A stretch of 63,962 nt of DNA, the filler included, from Octopus bimaculoides (Eukaryota), in the NCBI RefSeq assembly GCF_001194135.2. It is 6 parts of 6 records of this genome, joined end to end, with 100 filler letters (N's around TTAATTAATTAA, not from the genome) between each part and the next. Parts side by side here need not be neighbours in the genome. Positions count along the whole stretch, not along the records: positions 1 to 13,178 come from NC_068981.1; 5 more parts are not named here. One strand, 5' to 3'. Shown here piece after piece: positions 1 through 12,911 of the stretch. The position numbers were made by a program, and so were the translations under genes. Position 1 is the first letter of the stretch, and each line of letters begins with the position of its first letter. The notes beneath the pieces were generated by a model. It had not been told where the DNA came from. It did not search any database and saw only the letters and a program-made list of their open reading frames with translations.

Positions 1-31
<31 letters not shown>

Positions 32-1960
32 TGCATATATATGAGTGTGTATATGCATATTTATATATACATAAATTACCCATCTGAACTTTTTAGACCC
101 GCTTCTAAACTCTGTGATGAAGACTAGAGGCACACTCAAGTACCCTAATTTTATCTACCGATCATTTCATTACACTGGACAGATGGGAATAACGTCTGGT
201 ACTGTGATCTCTTGGGAGAAATAGCTATAAGATAGTGTTCTTTCTCTATCTCTGTTCTAGAAATGACTGGTACTTTATATATGTAAAATACAATCATTAC
301 ACAGATAGATATATTCTCATAATTGTTTACAATAAATAAATAGACATAATATAATGTCTACCAGCTGATGCATAACACCTCTGGATCACTTCTATTTTGT
401 TCTTGCCGTATAAATTCAGGGTAAAATCACTTTTTACCCTTGCCTATATATTACGCACAGTAGTGTAATTGTCAAGCAATAACCAACACTTATGCATTAA
501 TAATTGGGTATTCTACCAGCAAGATATTGGTTAGATACTATCTCTTGGTTGGATTCACAATTTCTAACTGTCTTCGAATTACACACAAACACACACACAC
601 ACACACACACACNNNNNNNNNNTATATATATATATATATGCGTGTATGTATATACATATATATATGTGTATATATACATAAATACATACATACACACACT
701 CAATCCCACACAAACACATACACGCACACGAACATGTTTATTCATGGAAGTTAGTAAGTTAGCATGAACTTTGCCGCTCCAGAAAAAAATCCGCTGCGGG
801 TAGGTTTTTAAGCGTACCAATGTTAACAAAGTATATATTTCTTTCTCATTTTGGCAAAAGGCTCGCATTCTTTTTGTCTGTGATTAATTAAGCTCACTAC
901 ATCGACCGCAGTTGTTAATCAGTGCCTTTTTTCTATAGATCCTGAAATGAAGGATGTTAAAGTCCACCCCAGCGACGTGTTATGTTTAGCCGGTTAAAAC
1001 CATCCACATAATAATTGACTTAATCAAACGATTGTAGCTACATATGAAACTCAAGCTAGATCATTCCCGTTTATTTCCCTCTCTATATTGAGCTTTAAAT
1101 TTTTTTATTAGTAATTGTAATTTAAATTATTTGCAAGCATTTATTATCTGCTATTTAACATTATGTTACCTTCAGAGTAGACGATTTGCAGAATCGATAG
1201 AACATCGGAATAAATATTATCTTGTATTAAGTAATCTTACTTTCATTCTCATTTTATTTTGCGCCAACGGGAAATTTGATTTTCATCAGGCATTGGTTTG
1301 ATAAAGTAATCGTAAGCCGCTAAACTGCGGCTGTGTGCCAATGCTCTCTTTCAATATTTTATAGGCAGCTCTTTCAAAATGCTCGAAATCTAAAGCAATT
1401 TGAATGTAGCTATCGTAAGAAGAAAAATAAAGAAACGCTGGAGGCAGATTTGAAATTGCGAAACTTGATGCAACTCCTCAGCACCTCATCCGCTCGAAAG
1501 TTTCTTGCATAAAGACACAAAAAAATTAACCTGTAACACATCTAACCATAACTTCTCAGCATGAATTTAGAGCTTTCTATTATATTGATATTGATGTTAT
1601 ATCTATCGACGCCTTGTAATCTCATGTAGCCTCTATTTCCATACAAGTAAAAGAAACAGCTAGACATTGATTTTCAGTTCTTCTAACAGTATAATTTTTG
1701 GTAAATGATTTCCATTGATTTAAAAGAAATTGATTGGATGATAATTAGTACAACAAAATTGAAATTTAATACTAATGGAAGTTATCTCACCACGTTACAC
1801 GTATCTACAGAATAAGTTAATACAACCATCTTCAGACTACTAATTGTGAACCATATATCAGTGAAAGGAACAATTATATAAACAGAAAACATGATAGACT
1901 AGTTTGACTTCCATCGAACTGTATTTGACTGAATAAGAACTAGCAATACGTATTGAAACG

Positions 1961-2173
1961 TAATATTGGTTTCAAATTGTGTCACAATGCCAGCAGTTGC
2001 GAGGGAGGGGTAAGTCAATTACATTGACTCCAGTGTTTAACTGGTACTTCATTTATCGTCCTCCACAGGAGGAACGTCAAAGTCGGCCTTGGCGGAATTT
2101 GAACTTAGTATGATGGACGAAATGCCGTTGAGCATGTAACTTGGCGTCTGAACGATTCTGCCAGCTCATCGCC
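1961..2173 (-). mobile_element. tRNA-derived SINE, family A
   Basis: Reverse complement begins GGCGATGAGCTGGCAGAATCGTT (A-box-like), contains AGTTCAAATTCCGCC (B-box-like) and ends TTTGAAACCAATATTA. More than 10 alignable copies in the window. Confidence 0.85.
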
Positions 2174-2199
2174 ATAAACTATATATTAAGTGTTAATAC

Positions 2200-2420
2200 G
2201 GCGGCGAACCGGCGGAATCGTAAGCACAGCAGGCAGAATGCTTAGTGGCATTTCATCCGTCTTCACATTGTAAGTTCAAATACAACAGAGGACGACTTTG
2301 TCTGTCATCGTTTCGTGTTCGATAAAATAATTACCAGTGGAGCACTGGTGTCGATGTAATCGACTTACTCCGTTACCCCCGAAAATGCTTATATTGTGCC
2401 AACCTTTGAAACCAATATTA
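2200..2420 (+). mobile_element. tRNA-derived SINE, family A
   Basis: GGCGGCGAACCGGCGGAATCG head, AGTTCAAATAC B-box-like motif, TACCAGTGGAGCACTGG hairpin and TTTGAAACCAATATTA end. Head-to-head with the copy at 1961-2173. Confidence 0.85.
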
Positions 2421-3455
2421 ATATACATTAGTCAGATTTTTAAGAAAAACTTATCAGAATCAAATTTACATTTATGAAGACTTTTACTGAAGGAATTTTA
2501 CCGAAGGAATAGTGCGTTTCCTTTAAATATCAACAAAGAAACCTTTAATTTCTGGATAATTCAGATATGGATTTCAATATGACTAGTCAATTAAACTAAT
2601 AAACAGTAAAATGTAGAACAGATAATCGAAGAATGCATGTGTTGCATAAACACATATTTTACTATTACTTGCAACTCCAGAGTAATGTGGTTTACTACAC
2701 GGTTCCATTGTAAACCCAGATGCATTAAAAAATCAGTTAGTTGTTTTAGAGAAGGATCTTCATCAACTTGTACACAAACGAAAGGCCTTCAATTCTGATA
2801 TGTAAAGACAGGTATACACGCAACATGCGATAATTAACAGTTGATATTCTTCAGGTTAGTTTGCAGCTTTATAACAAGGAAAAAACTCTTTTGATAATAT
2901 AGACTATACTTGATAATATAGATTGACTATACTTGATAATATAGTTTGAATAAATATGGTCTGATTGTTCTTCGTCGTAGATCTGTAGAATCAGTATTAA
3001 TGTGAGACAGGCAACTATTGCACATGTACATGATGTTCCGCAATCTCCTGAAATTTCATGAATTTTACGATGTATATAATCTCTCACTCAGTACCACGAC
3101 ATGTCTGTATGTAATATGTACGACACATGTTATTAAGTTAATACATTCAGGATATTCACCACCCAAAAGCTGATGCACACGCACACCTGCACAATGAAAT
3201 GAACTCGCAGTTATGTTTGTTTGTTTCTGTGTGTATGTGTTGTGTGTGTGCGTGCATATTCATGTGTACCATTTCATTTTGACGCCTTATTACAAAATTT
3301 GTTCTCTTGATGTTTTAATTCATGACCTTAATATTAACAAATTCTGTATGTCTTGTAAATTTAATAGTGAAATAGCTATATCCAAACTTACTAGTCGAAG
3401 ATTAATTCGAGATTTCGTCTACACGCTAGTTTTTTGTTATATTACATTGACACAA

Positions 3456-3799
3456 GGAAGGTGCATGGTTCAGTGGTTAGAGCGTCAGACTCACAGTCAT
3501 GAGGTAGTGAGTTCGATACCAAGACAAGGCTGTATGTTATTTTCTTGAGTATGACACTTTATTTCACGTTGCCCCAGTTCGCTTAGCTGTAGGAATGAGT
3601 TGTGACGTCGCTGGTGCTAAGCTGTATCGGCATTTTCCTTTCGCGTGGATAACATTTGGGGGGGGGAGACTGATATGCATGGATGGCTGCTGGTCTTTCA
3701 TAAACAAACTTGCCTGGACTTGGGCCTTGTGGTGGTGGTGGATATTCCAGGTGCAAACGCATGGTCATTCATGACCAACGGGAGTCTTTACGCTTTTAC
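3456..3799 (+). mobile_element. tRNA-derived SINE, family F
   Basis: Head GGTGCATGGTTCAGTGGTTAGAGCG...GAGTTCGATACC has A and B boxes. Body aligns with the minus-strand copy at 12912-13178. Confidence 0.8.
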
Positions 3800-4470
3800 A
3801 TTGACTCACAGCATCCCAACAAGAGTATCTTAACCAGACATTTTGGAAGTATCGCCATATACATTTTTTATAGTAATTTCGGTTCGATTATTGTTGAGTA
3901 ATCCATGGCGACTATTTCAACGTCACCAATGCTGTCAACTACAATGCATATGGCGTCAAGCTACGAACTGGCAAAAATTCTGCTCTTAGTACTAAACTCT
4001 AACGAGTCTCGATATTGCTAACAGAGCTTTACATAGCAATGGTGTTGAATTATTGACTTACCTTACTATAGAGTCTAATCAGCGAAAGAAAAGAACAAAA
4101 TATTAAGAATGGAATATTATGATGTCCATGCTTTTCAAAGCGAGATTAGATAAGGGAATTCAAGTGAATTCGTTTCAGTGGACGACTATAAACCTATCGT
4201 AACATACTCCAGAAATTCTGAAGGATTATTACCAGTACACTCCCGACGCAAAACTAATATCCATAATGATTTCATTTGTACATCTATAGAATAATTGTTG
4301 AAGGGGTTTCATATCGACAATCCGATAAACATTATTTCACATCCCAATTATTCTAGAAACAATGTCGCACCTCATGGGATTTGACCTGGTATTTTCTTGG
4401 CTAAAATTTCTTAGTACCATATTGTTTACTTCTTCCATAGATTACGCATGTTACGTTATTTAATAATACT

Positions 4471-4674
4471 TTCTACTAACGGCACAAGGCTTAAAATTAG
4501 TTGGGAAGGGTTTAGTCGATAATAACGACCCAGTGTTTCACTGGTACTCAATTTACTGACCCGAAAAGTATGAAAGGCAAAGTTGACCCCGGAAGAATTT
4601 GAGCCCAGAACGTGAAGACGAAATACCACTGAACGCTTCCCCTGCTCTGCTAACGATTCTGCCAGCTCGACGCC
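4471..4674 (-). mobile_element. tRNA-derived SINE, family A
   Basis: Reverse complement GGCGTCGAGCTGGCAGAATCGTTAGCA...GGCTCAAATTCTTCC...GCCTTGTGCCG aligns end to end with the other A copies. Confidence 0.85.
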
Positions 4675-4900
4675 TTATTTGTCTTGTTGAATAAANNNNN
4701 NNNNNNNNNNNNNNNNNNNNNNNNNNNNNNNNNNNNNNNNNNNNNNNNNNNNNNNNNNNNNNNNNNNNNNNNNNNNNNNNNNNNNNNNNNNNNNNNNNNN
4801 NNNNNNNNNNNNNNNNNNNNNNNNNNNNNNNNNNNNNNNNNNNNNNNNNNNNNNNNNNNNNNNNNNNNNNNNNNNNNNNNNNNNNNNNNNNNNNNNNNNN

Positions 4901-4941
<41 letters not shown>

Positions 4942-5035
4942 TATATTTATTTATTTATATATGTGGGAGGTGCTTGCGTGAATGTGTGGGTGTGACGTGC
5001 GTGAGTGTGACGTGCGCGTACGCACACGCAAACAC

Positions 5036-5299
5036 TTTCGGTTACGACTACAAGCGTTCCAGTTCATCCCATCAACAGAACTCACTGTTCGCGAAATTAA
5101 CCTGCAAGTGGCTGAGCACTAGATAGACATGTTTACTCTTAACGTAGCTGTCGGAGAAATTCAGCATGACACTGCTGAGTGGTCTGGAGAAAAGGGAAAT
5201 AAAGTGCCTTGCCTAAAGACACAACGCGTCTCCGGGAATCAAACTGACGACCTTATGATTGTACGCAGAACACACTGCCATTTAATCCACGCACCTTCC
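5036..5299 (-). mobile_element. Chimeric SINE (family F head and core plus family D tail)
   Basis: 5' half matches the F copy at 3456 (GGAAGGTGC..., GCAAGGCACTTTATTTC). 3' half matches the D tail at 5539-5700 (CTACGTTAAG...GTGCTCAGCCACTTGCA.GTTAATTTC). Confidence 0.7.
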
Positions 5300-5538
5300 C
5301 ACACACGCACACATGTACACACACAGATACACACACACATACACAAACTCACTCTCACTCACTCAGAAGAACGCACCCCTTCGTTCCTCTGCGCCATACT
5401 GTCTAAACTTTGTACCTAATTTCATCTGACACTAACCCACATGGATTCCGACACACCTCCCACTTTCAACCGCCCGGCTCCACCTCCCCACCTGCACACC
5501 ACCTAACACGGTAGACACACCACTATACAAACACCTAT

Positions 5539-5918
5539 GTTGGCACTCTGTCGCTTACGACGTCGAGGGTTCTAGTTCATCCGATCAACGGAACAGCCTG
5601 CTCGTGAAATTAACGTGCAAGTGGCTGAGCACTCCACAGACACGTGTACCCTTAACGTAGTTCTCGGGGATATTCAGCGTGACACAGTGTGACAAGGCTG
5701 ACCCTTTGAATAACAGGCACAACAGAAACAGGAAGTAAGAGTGAGAGAAAGTTGTGGTGAAAGAGTACAGCAGGGTTCGCCACCATCCCCTGCCGGAGCC
5801 TGGTGGAGCTTTTAGGTGTTTTCGCTGAATAAACACTCACAGCGCCCGGTCTCGGAATCAAAACCGCGATCCTATGACCGCGAGTCCGCTTCCCTAACAA
5901 CTAGGCCATTGCGCGTCC
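5539..5918 (-). mobile_element. tRNA(Arg-like)-derived SINE, family D, full length
   Basis: Reverse complement head GCGCAATGGCCTAGTTGTTAGGGAAGCGGACTCGCGGTC...GGTTTTGATTCC. Body is highly similar to 21701-22005. Confidence 0.85.
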
Positions 5919-7100
5919 ACACAGACACCCATACACACTGCTGAACTCATTACTCACCTCACACGCTATTACACACACACCTAAAAACACCTTCTCACTC
6001 CACACTGAACACTTCTGAACACTTCTCAGTACCCACACGGCACACCATTATCCACATATCCACATACGATTTTCAATAGCGTCACCACACCTACCATTAC
6101 ACGAGTAGCTACATATTGTTTTACTCAGTTTAAACAGCACAATCCATCACGCACATACCTACACGCACGGAAGCACATAATACCTGAACACAGACAATAT
6201 ATACGCACACAAACAACACGCATAAACACAGGGAACTCGCATAGACACAGATCATTTTGCCGACAAACATACACTACATACATACACACTATTTCGTCAC
6301 AGACACATGCATACACACACGTTAACCACGCACATGCACACATNNNNNNNNNNNNNNNNNNNNNNNNNNNNNNNNNNNNNNNNNNNNNNNNNNNNNNNNN
6401 NNNNNNNNNNNNNNNNNNNNNNNNNNNNNNNNNNNNNNNNNNNNNNNNNNNNNNNNNNNNNNNNNNNNNNNNNNNNNNNNNNNNNNNNNNNNNNNNNNNN
6501 NNNNNNNNNNNNNNNNNNNNNNNNNNNNNNNNNNNNNNNNNNNNNNNNNNNNNNNNNNNNNNNNNNNNNNNNNNNNNNNNNNNNNNNNNNNNNNNNNNNN
6601 NNNNNNNNNNNNNNNNNNNNNNNNNNNNNNNNNNNNNNNNNNNNNNNNNNNNNNNNNNNNNNNNNNNNNNNNNNNNNNNNNNNNNNNNNNNNNNNNNNNN
6701 NNNNNNNNNNNNNNNNNNNNNNNNNNNNNNNNNNNNNNNNNNNNNNNNNNNNNNNNNNNNNNNNNNNNNNNNNNNNNNNNNNNNNNNNNNNNNNNNNNNN
6801 NNNNNNNNNNNNNNNNNNNNNNNNNNNNNNNNNNNNNNNNNNNNNNNNNNNNNNNNNNNNNNNNNNNNNNNNNNNNNNNNNNNNNNNNNNNNNNNNNNNN
6901 NNNNNNNNNNNNNNNNNNNNNNATATATATATATATAGTCAAATCGAACATTAACTGTTGAGCATTAATAATTAAACATTAAAACTAGGAAATGATAAAA
7001 CAAAGATAGGATGTACATATGGAATTTGTTACCTTGGCGCTGAGTAAAAGTAGAAAAAAACTGTGTTTGTTTTAACGTTTTGTGTATAGTTCTTTGTCAG

Positions 7101-7141
7101 AAAAAGAAAAACGTCCCGAGAAGGAAACTCGACGAAGGCAG
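7101..7141 (+). CDS. Candidate 41-nt internal exon (unknown gene)
   Basis: Acceptor ttctttgtcAG, donor CAG|gtctgt; purine- and CpG-rich; open in all three frames (e.g. KKKNVPRRKLDEG). No homology recognised. Confidence 0.3.
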
Positions 7142-9399
7142 GTCTGTGAATATATACTCTAAATTTTCATATTCATTGGGGAGGTGCATATCTGACTTGT
7201 AGATAATGTAATCATAGACAAAGTACCCCTAATAGTACGGAAATGTAATGGTTAGAAAATTGTCGGTAATAGATTCAGCGCCATGTTAATACGAAATTTT
7301 CCTAATGTGGATTTTCCACAAGAAATAATAATGACCTATTATATTCACTTGACGTTTCATCTCTACGTGTGTTATATTTAGGTTGTGATTACTGTTAAAG
7401 GAGCAGCGTGTTGAACCATATAGAAATAAACTGAATTTGAAACGTCCAATTTATCTATTTAGTGTTGAAGGAGAAATTCATTATAGTTGTTCATAATGGT
7501 GTTCATTTTATAATTTTATAATTTGTTCTATATTTGTTATCCTCCATAGTTACCTTAATAATAATTATTATCTTTGCAGACAACATTTATTATTATTATA
7601 TTATTGTTGTCATTGGAACATCTATTTTATTTAATTGAATCATACTGCGTCCAAATAGAAACGATACCGAAATAATTTGGATTACACAGAATACAAATCA
7701 ACACTAACAAGCATAACATTAGGAATTGTTCGTTTAGTTGTTTTATTGCAGTTTTGTTCTTTACGCATTTTATCTGAACATTTAAAATCATATTATTGGA
7801 CATAAATTCTCTAATTGTTTGAAATCTTCTATTCTTAAGCGATCTTAAAACTGTAAAATTAAACTCATTTTTTTAATTTTTATTTTGATATGATAAAAAT
7901 AAACATAAAGCATGGTTAATAATATACATTTTCTTTGTTTTACAACTAAATGTCACACGGTTTTAAATTATTTAACAAATGTCGAGGCATGATTTTACAA
8001 ACACACGCGTGTGCGCACATACACATATATATACACACACAAATTCAGCTTTGTATACATTCACATACTACTTCCATGGGCACCAGACTAAACAAGTAAA
8101 ACTTGAAAAAGAGAATGACAGAAGCCAATGTGATTCTTATAAATAGTAGTTTATATGGAATAGTAAAAAAGAAATTGTTTTGCATGTGTGTGTGTGTGTG
8201 TGTGGGTGTGTGCATGTGTGTATGTGCGTGTGTGTGTGTGTGTGTGTGCGTGCGTGCGTGCGTGTTTTAAATTTTCATTCACGACAGTGACGACCAAGTG
8301 AAATTACTTCAGCCATAATGTCATATTATTTCTTTATAGATTTAAATAAACACATTACATGTGCAGGAACGACAACGTTAACATAAATTTCATATATAAC
8401 AATGAAGTTGTCAAAAGAACTAATTGTTTTACTTTACGTATTATTTATAGAGCACTAAGTTCACGCACAGAACATTAGTTGTCACAGAATAAACACGATA
8501 TGTGATCATTATACTACTGTTGTAATGTCATACGTCATAAGGTCATTTAAGACGGATATAATGTTACTATTAAAACAATACTTTGAGGATTTAAGAACGA
8601 CTGGTTCTATGCAGAGGCATTTCATTTATAAAATGGTGTGAAGCTGTAATGTGTTAATGAACTGAGAATGTATAAAAGATAGATCAACAACAATATTTAA
8701 CATTCTGAAACAGTTTATAGATTCTAATATGTAGAAACTATATTGTTCCTGATTCTACATATCAAGACATGAATAAACAATGGACATTGTTTTAAAATAT
8801 TGCTACATATTTTTAGGAATGTATTTTATCACGAGACTAGCAATTCGGAAATTATGCTAAAGACTTTGTTTTCGTGAGTAGTATAGGTAAATTCACAAGT
8901 TTTGCGGACAGCTGCCTATACACTAACAATAAGTATAAAAACACTTCCACTTGTAAATTGATTACTCATGAATGCGAATTTATTTCAAAATGTCATTCTT
9001 GCATAAGATGTTTATATCTCAAAATTTTGTCTGTCAAGAATAATTCTCTGAAGTGTCAAATATTTCATGATAGTCATAATATATAATATAACTACTTGAC
9101 TATGCGCTACAACTAAATTTCATAATCAGTATACAGAAAGCAATATACAGCAGCTTTGATTGCACAAAGGAGAATCAAGGCAATGATCAACATGAATCGG
9201 AAACATGAGATACTTGTAATCCCAAAGGATGATCTGTATTAAGTTCCATGTCATTGTTTCTATATCAAAGGGAGATGGCAGATTTTACATTATACATAGT
9301 TTTGAAACGGCGTATACGTCACTTTGGAGAATATATCAAAAACATATCACTAAAATTCTTGTCATTGTCATCGTTATCGCCGTCATCGTTGTCACCGTC

Positions 9400-9434
<35 letters not shown>

Positions 9435-9700
9435 AATCATCATTATCATCATCATCATATTCATCATCATTATCATCATCTCATCATGTCCATCATCATA
9501 ATCATCATAGTTATCATCTACACCGTCTTCATCATCACTACCATCATCATGGTTTTACCAACTGTTTTATCTTTCTGACATGAATTAGAAATCTCAATCT
9601 CGGCACTCATCTCTATTAGGTGCTATCTCAAATGCAGACGTCAAATAATCATATCTGATATCCCTATTTCTACCTTTATTCATTTATCTAATACCGACAG

Positions 9701-9746
9701 GAAAATATTGCAATCAGCAACAACTAGCTTGTCAAACAACATCGAG
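9701..9746 (+). CDS. Candidate 46-nt internal exon (unknown gene)
   Basis: Pyrimidine-rich acceptor ending accgacAG, donor GAG|gtatga. Reads KILQSATTSLSNNIE and is phase-compatible with 7101-7141. Confidence 0.3.
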
Positions 9747-10429
9747 GTATGAGCATGGCTTACTCTGCTAAATGTATAAACTTGTGCATAGCTAGTCATT
9801 CACATCAGGTAAATAATATTGCGTTCTATACCGTTTAAAACACCTTTTAAATTAATTCTAATTTATACGTATATATACATTTTCCAATTTTCAGTATTAT
9901 TGAAAAGCTCCAGGAAGGACAAAAGGCGTCTAAGTTTCTTATGAGTCACTATTGTGACAAGTAGCGAAGGTGTTGGATTCGATTCGTTATATATTGTTTT
10001 TTTCACACAAAATAACAATGAAGAGATCTTCCCTCAAGCAAAAAGCTCATCACTATTCCTTTCATTTCGCGTGTTATACACACGGCTCTTTCAATGTACT
10101 GTTGTTTCCCTTACATTCAATGAGTATTTTACAGCTGACAACTATTCTGCAGTATTGGCGAATGTATTATTCATTTTTTCCTATATATCGAGGTAGAAAA
10201 TTCGTTTACGCATGGTGAAAATGGGTAAACATTATTGTCAAGCCCCACCAAAAGTGTTCAACATACCTCACGGTCTTATAAAGCACTATTGCAAGGGGTT
10301 GCTTACGCTTCCATACACATACATACATTTTTTAGCCTATCTTTATAAAGAGATATTATGTCAGGTAAAAGCCGCAGCAACAGGCCTTTCCACAGTTTAC
10401 ATAAATTGAGTATGATACAGAGAGGCTTA

Positions 10430-10787
10430 ATTGAACATTATTCTGTGTCAATCGCATAATAATGATAACAAACGTTCTTCGCAGTGGCTAGACCAAAATG
10501 AGGCACCAAACCTTTCCCTATACCCGAGCTTTTCAAGCTCCTTGATGGTTTGCTGCGAGAGAAGTAGTTCAAAAATCAAGCCGATGCTGAAAGCGCGTTC
10601 AAAGAGTTCATCAGCTCCAGTACTCCAGATTTTTATGTAACCGGAATAAACAAATGTGTAACTCGTTGTCAAAAATGAGTCGATTGTAATGGTATTTACA
10701 TTGATGAATAAAATGTCCACATTGTTGAAATATAGTGTGATGAATTTCATGTTTAAAAACGTTGCTTAATTCTTACTGAGCCTGATA
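10430..10787 (+). mobile_element. mariner transposase remnant with internal deletion and 3' TIR-like end
   Basis: Reads ...RSSQWLDQNEAP... then LDGLLREK*FKNQADAESAFKEFISSSTPDFYVTGINKCVTRCQK*VDCNGIYID (mariner C-terminus FYxxGIxKLxxRWQKCVxxNGxY). Ends in the Hsmar-like terminus AAAAACGTTGCTTAATTCTTACTGAGCCTGATA. Confidence 0.75.
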
Positions 10788-12377
10788 TTTCTGACTGGTA
10801 GAATATAAAATTACTTCAATGCATATGACTTGATTGTTTCTTTGTTCATTTAGTTTTACTATTACATTATTTTATAGATGTGTAGACTGTGCTTGTGGAG
10901 GAATGTAGTCAATCAACGCTTTAAGATGCATTCTTGATGCGATGGTAATATATGTACTGAATTTAATCATATGTTTGCTCGATTAGAGCTGACTCTATGT
11001 TAAACAATAATAAAGTCTATATCCACTTTTCGAAATAAACAGCCAGTGTCAGTTCATTTCACGTATTTTCCTAATAGTCTGGATAAATATCTGAAACCCA
11101 CATGAATAATACATTTTTTCTATATGTTTTTCGCATAATTATAAGGTTATGGAAAAATTCAATGTAATTGATGTAAGATACATTAATATTAAATGAGTAG
11201 TAGGAATGGAAAGTTGCACGAAAAACAATACTATGATTGAATTTAGTTTGAATAGAAATAAAATACGTTGTAATTCCCTTGTAAAATTGAATGTATAAAA
11301 GACATAAACAGATTTTGTGAAATTATATTTCTGGTACATACTNNNNNNNNNNNNNNNNNNNNNNNNNNNNNNNNNNNNNNNNNNNNNNNNNNNNNNNNNN
11401 NNNNNNNNNNNNNNNNNNNNNNNNNNNNNNNNNNNNNNNNNNNNNNNNNNNNNNNNNNNNNNNNNNNNNNNNNNNNNNNNNNNNNNNNNNNNNNNNNNNN
11501 NNNNNNNNNNNNNNNNNNNNNNNNNNNNNNNNNNNNNNNNNNNNNNNNNNNNNNNNNNNNNNNNNNNNNNNNNNNNNNNNNNNNNNNNNNNNNNNNNNNN
11601 NNNNNNNNNNNNNNNNNNNNNNNNNNNNNNNNNNNNNNNNNNNNNNNNNNNNNNNNNNNNNNNNNNNNNNNNNNNNNNNNNNNNNNNNNNNNNNNNNNNN
11701 TATATATATATATATGCATATGTCTAAGTGCATTTTAGGGTGTGTATATATGCGTGCTTCTAAGTGTGTGTTTGTTTGTGTGTGTATTTTGTGTGTCCGC
11801 GTGCATGTGCTGCATGACAAAACTTGCAGGCAGACAGTTTTATCGATATAACAAAACGACAAATGAGTCTATGATGTTCATTTCTCGTGATGGCTGTTTA
11901 AAATGTTGTGTAGTAGTGAGAAAACCTCATGGTAAGCATGATGGTAATACTGATATTGTTTTAAAACATGGCAGGAAAGCGTCAGATATAATTGTGCAGT
12001 TCATGAGTTAAGAGCGGTCTGACAATTTCCAGATGTATTAATATGTTCACCTCTCACACATGACGTACATAGATCATAAACACAAGCATTTCCGATATTG
12101 TATCGGAGTTGGAAATATGCCGCGCTGTCTAATATTGTTTTGACCTTATCCAAATAGAAGGCACTGACCTTTTTAGAGGCAAATGTATCCATAAGTACAT
12201 ACATACTTACATACAAACATAAAAATACATACATGTACATAGATGTAAATAAATATGTATATATGAGTACATGTGTGCATATATGTATATATTTATATAT
12301 GCATATATATAAGAAAGATGTTTTTTAAAGCCGAGATAAAAACCAAGGCTGTTAAGGTTTTAGAACATTTATAAATA

Positions 12378-12427
12378 GGTCTTACAGCTGTTTCCATGAT
12401 ATTTATTATATCCCTTCATCGGAGATT
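12378..12427 (-). ncRNA. Type I hammerhead ribozyme-like motif (Penelope-like element type), partly degenerate
   Basis: Minus strand: AATCT-CCGATGA-AGGGATATAATAAATATCATG-GAAAC-AGCT-GTA-AGACC. Core boxes present (CUGA is CCGA), GATAT/ATATC stem II, palindromic stem III (CAGCTG), GUA cleavage triplet, 3-bp stem I. Confidence 0.55.
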
Positions 12428-12769
12428 GTGTGAGAAAAAGGTTAAGCAATAGTTAATTTAGATAAGATACGAAATAGAGAGTGAAGTGGAGGAATAATAA
12501 CAGATCTGAGATATGTAGGGATATTGCATTTGTATATCCATTATTTAGGCAGAATGGTATACATATACGATTCCAATACCTTGTGAGTAAAATCCAATAG
12601 TATTTAAAATTGCTCATTTCAAGTATAGAGTTTGTACACAGTGCTATTGAATCAAAGGTTTTTATTTATATGTATATATAAGCGTATATACATAGAAAGC
12701 TAGAGGGAGGAGAGAGTGATGAATATGTACATTGAAATGTATACACACGCGCACACACACATATTTGTT

Positions 12770-12853
<84 letters not shown>

Positions 12854-12911
12854 GCATATATATGCATATATATACATATGTGTATACGTATATATATATA
12901 TACATATGTAT

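Noticed and set aside
5850-5918. tRNA-Arg-like sequence
   Set aside because: It is the head of a SINE: it continues into a repeated body and has no complete acceptor stem. The same applies to 3456-3530.
9130-9242. Open frame YRKQYTAALIAQRRIKAMINMNRKHEILVIPKDDLY* with an IQ-like look
   Set aside because: Only 37 codons with a weak acceptor, so expected by chance in a window this size.
12001-12240. 79-aa minus-strand ORF with protein-like composition
   Set aside because: It starts in a microsatellite, has no recognisable motif and no convincing splice pair.
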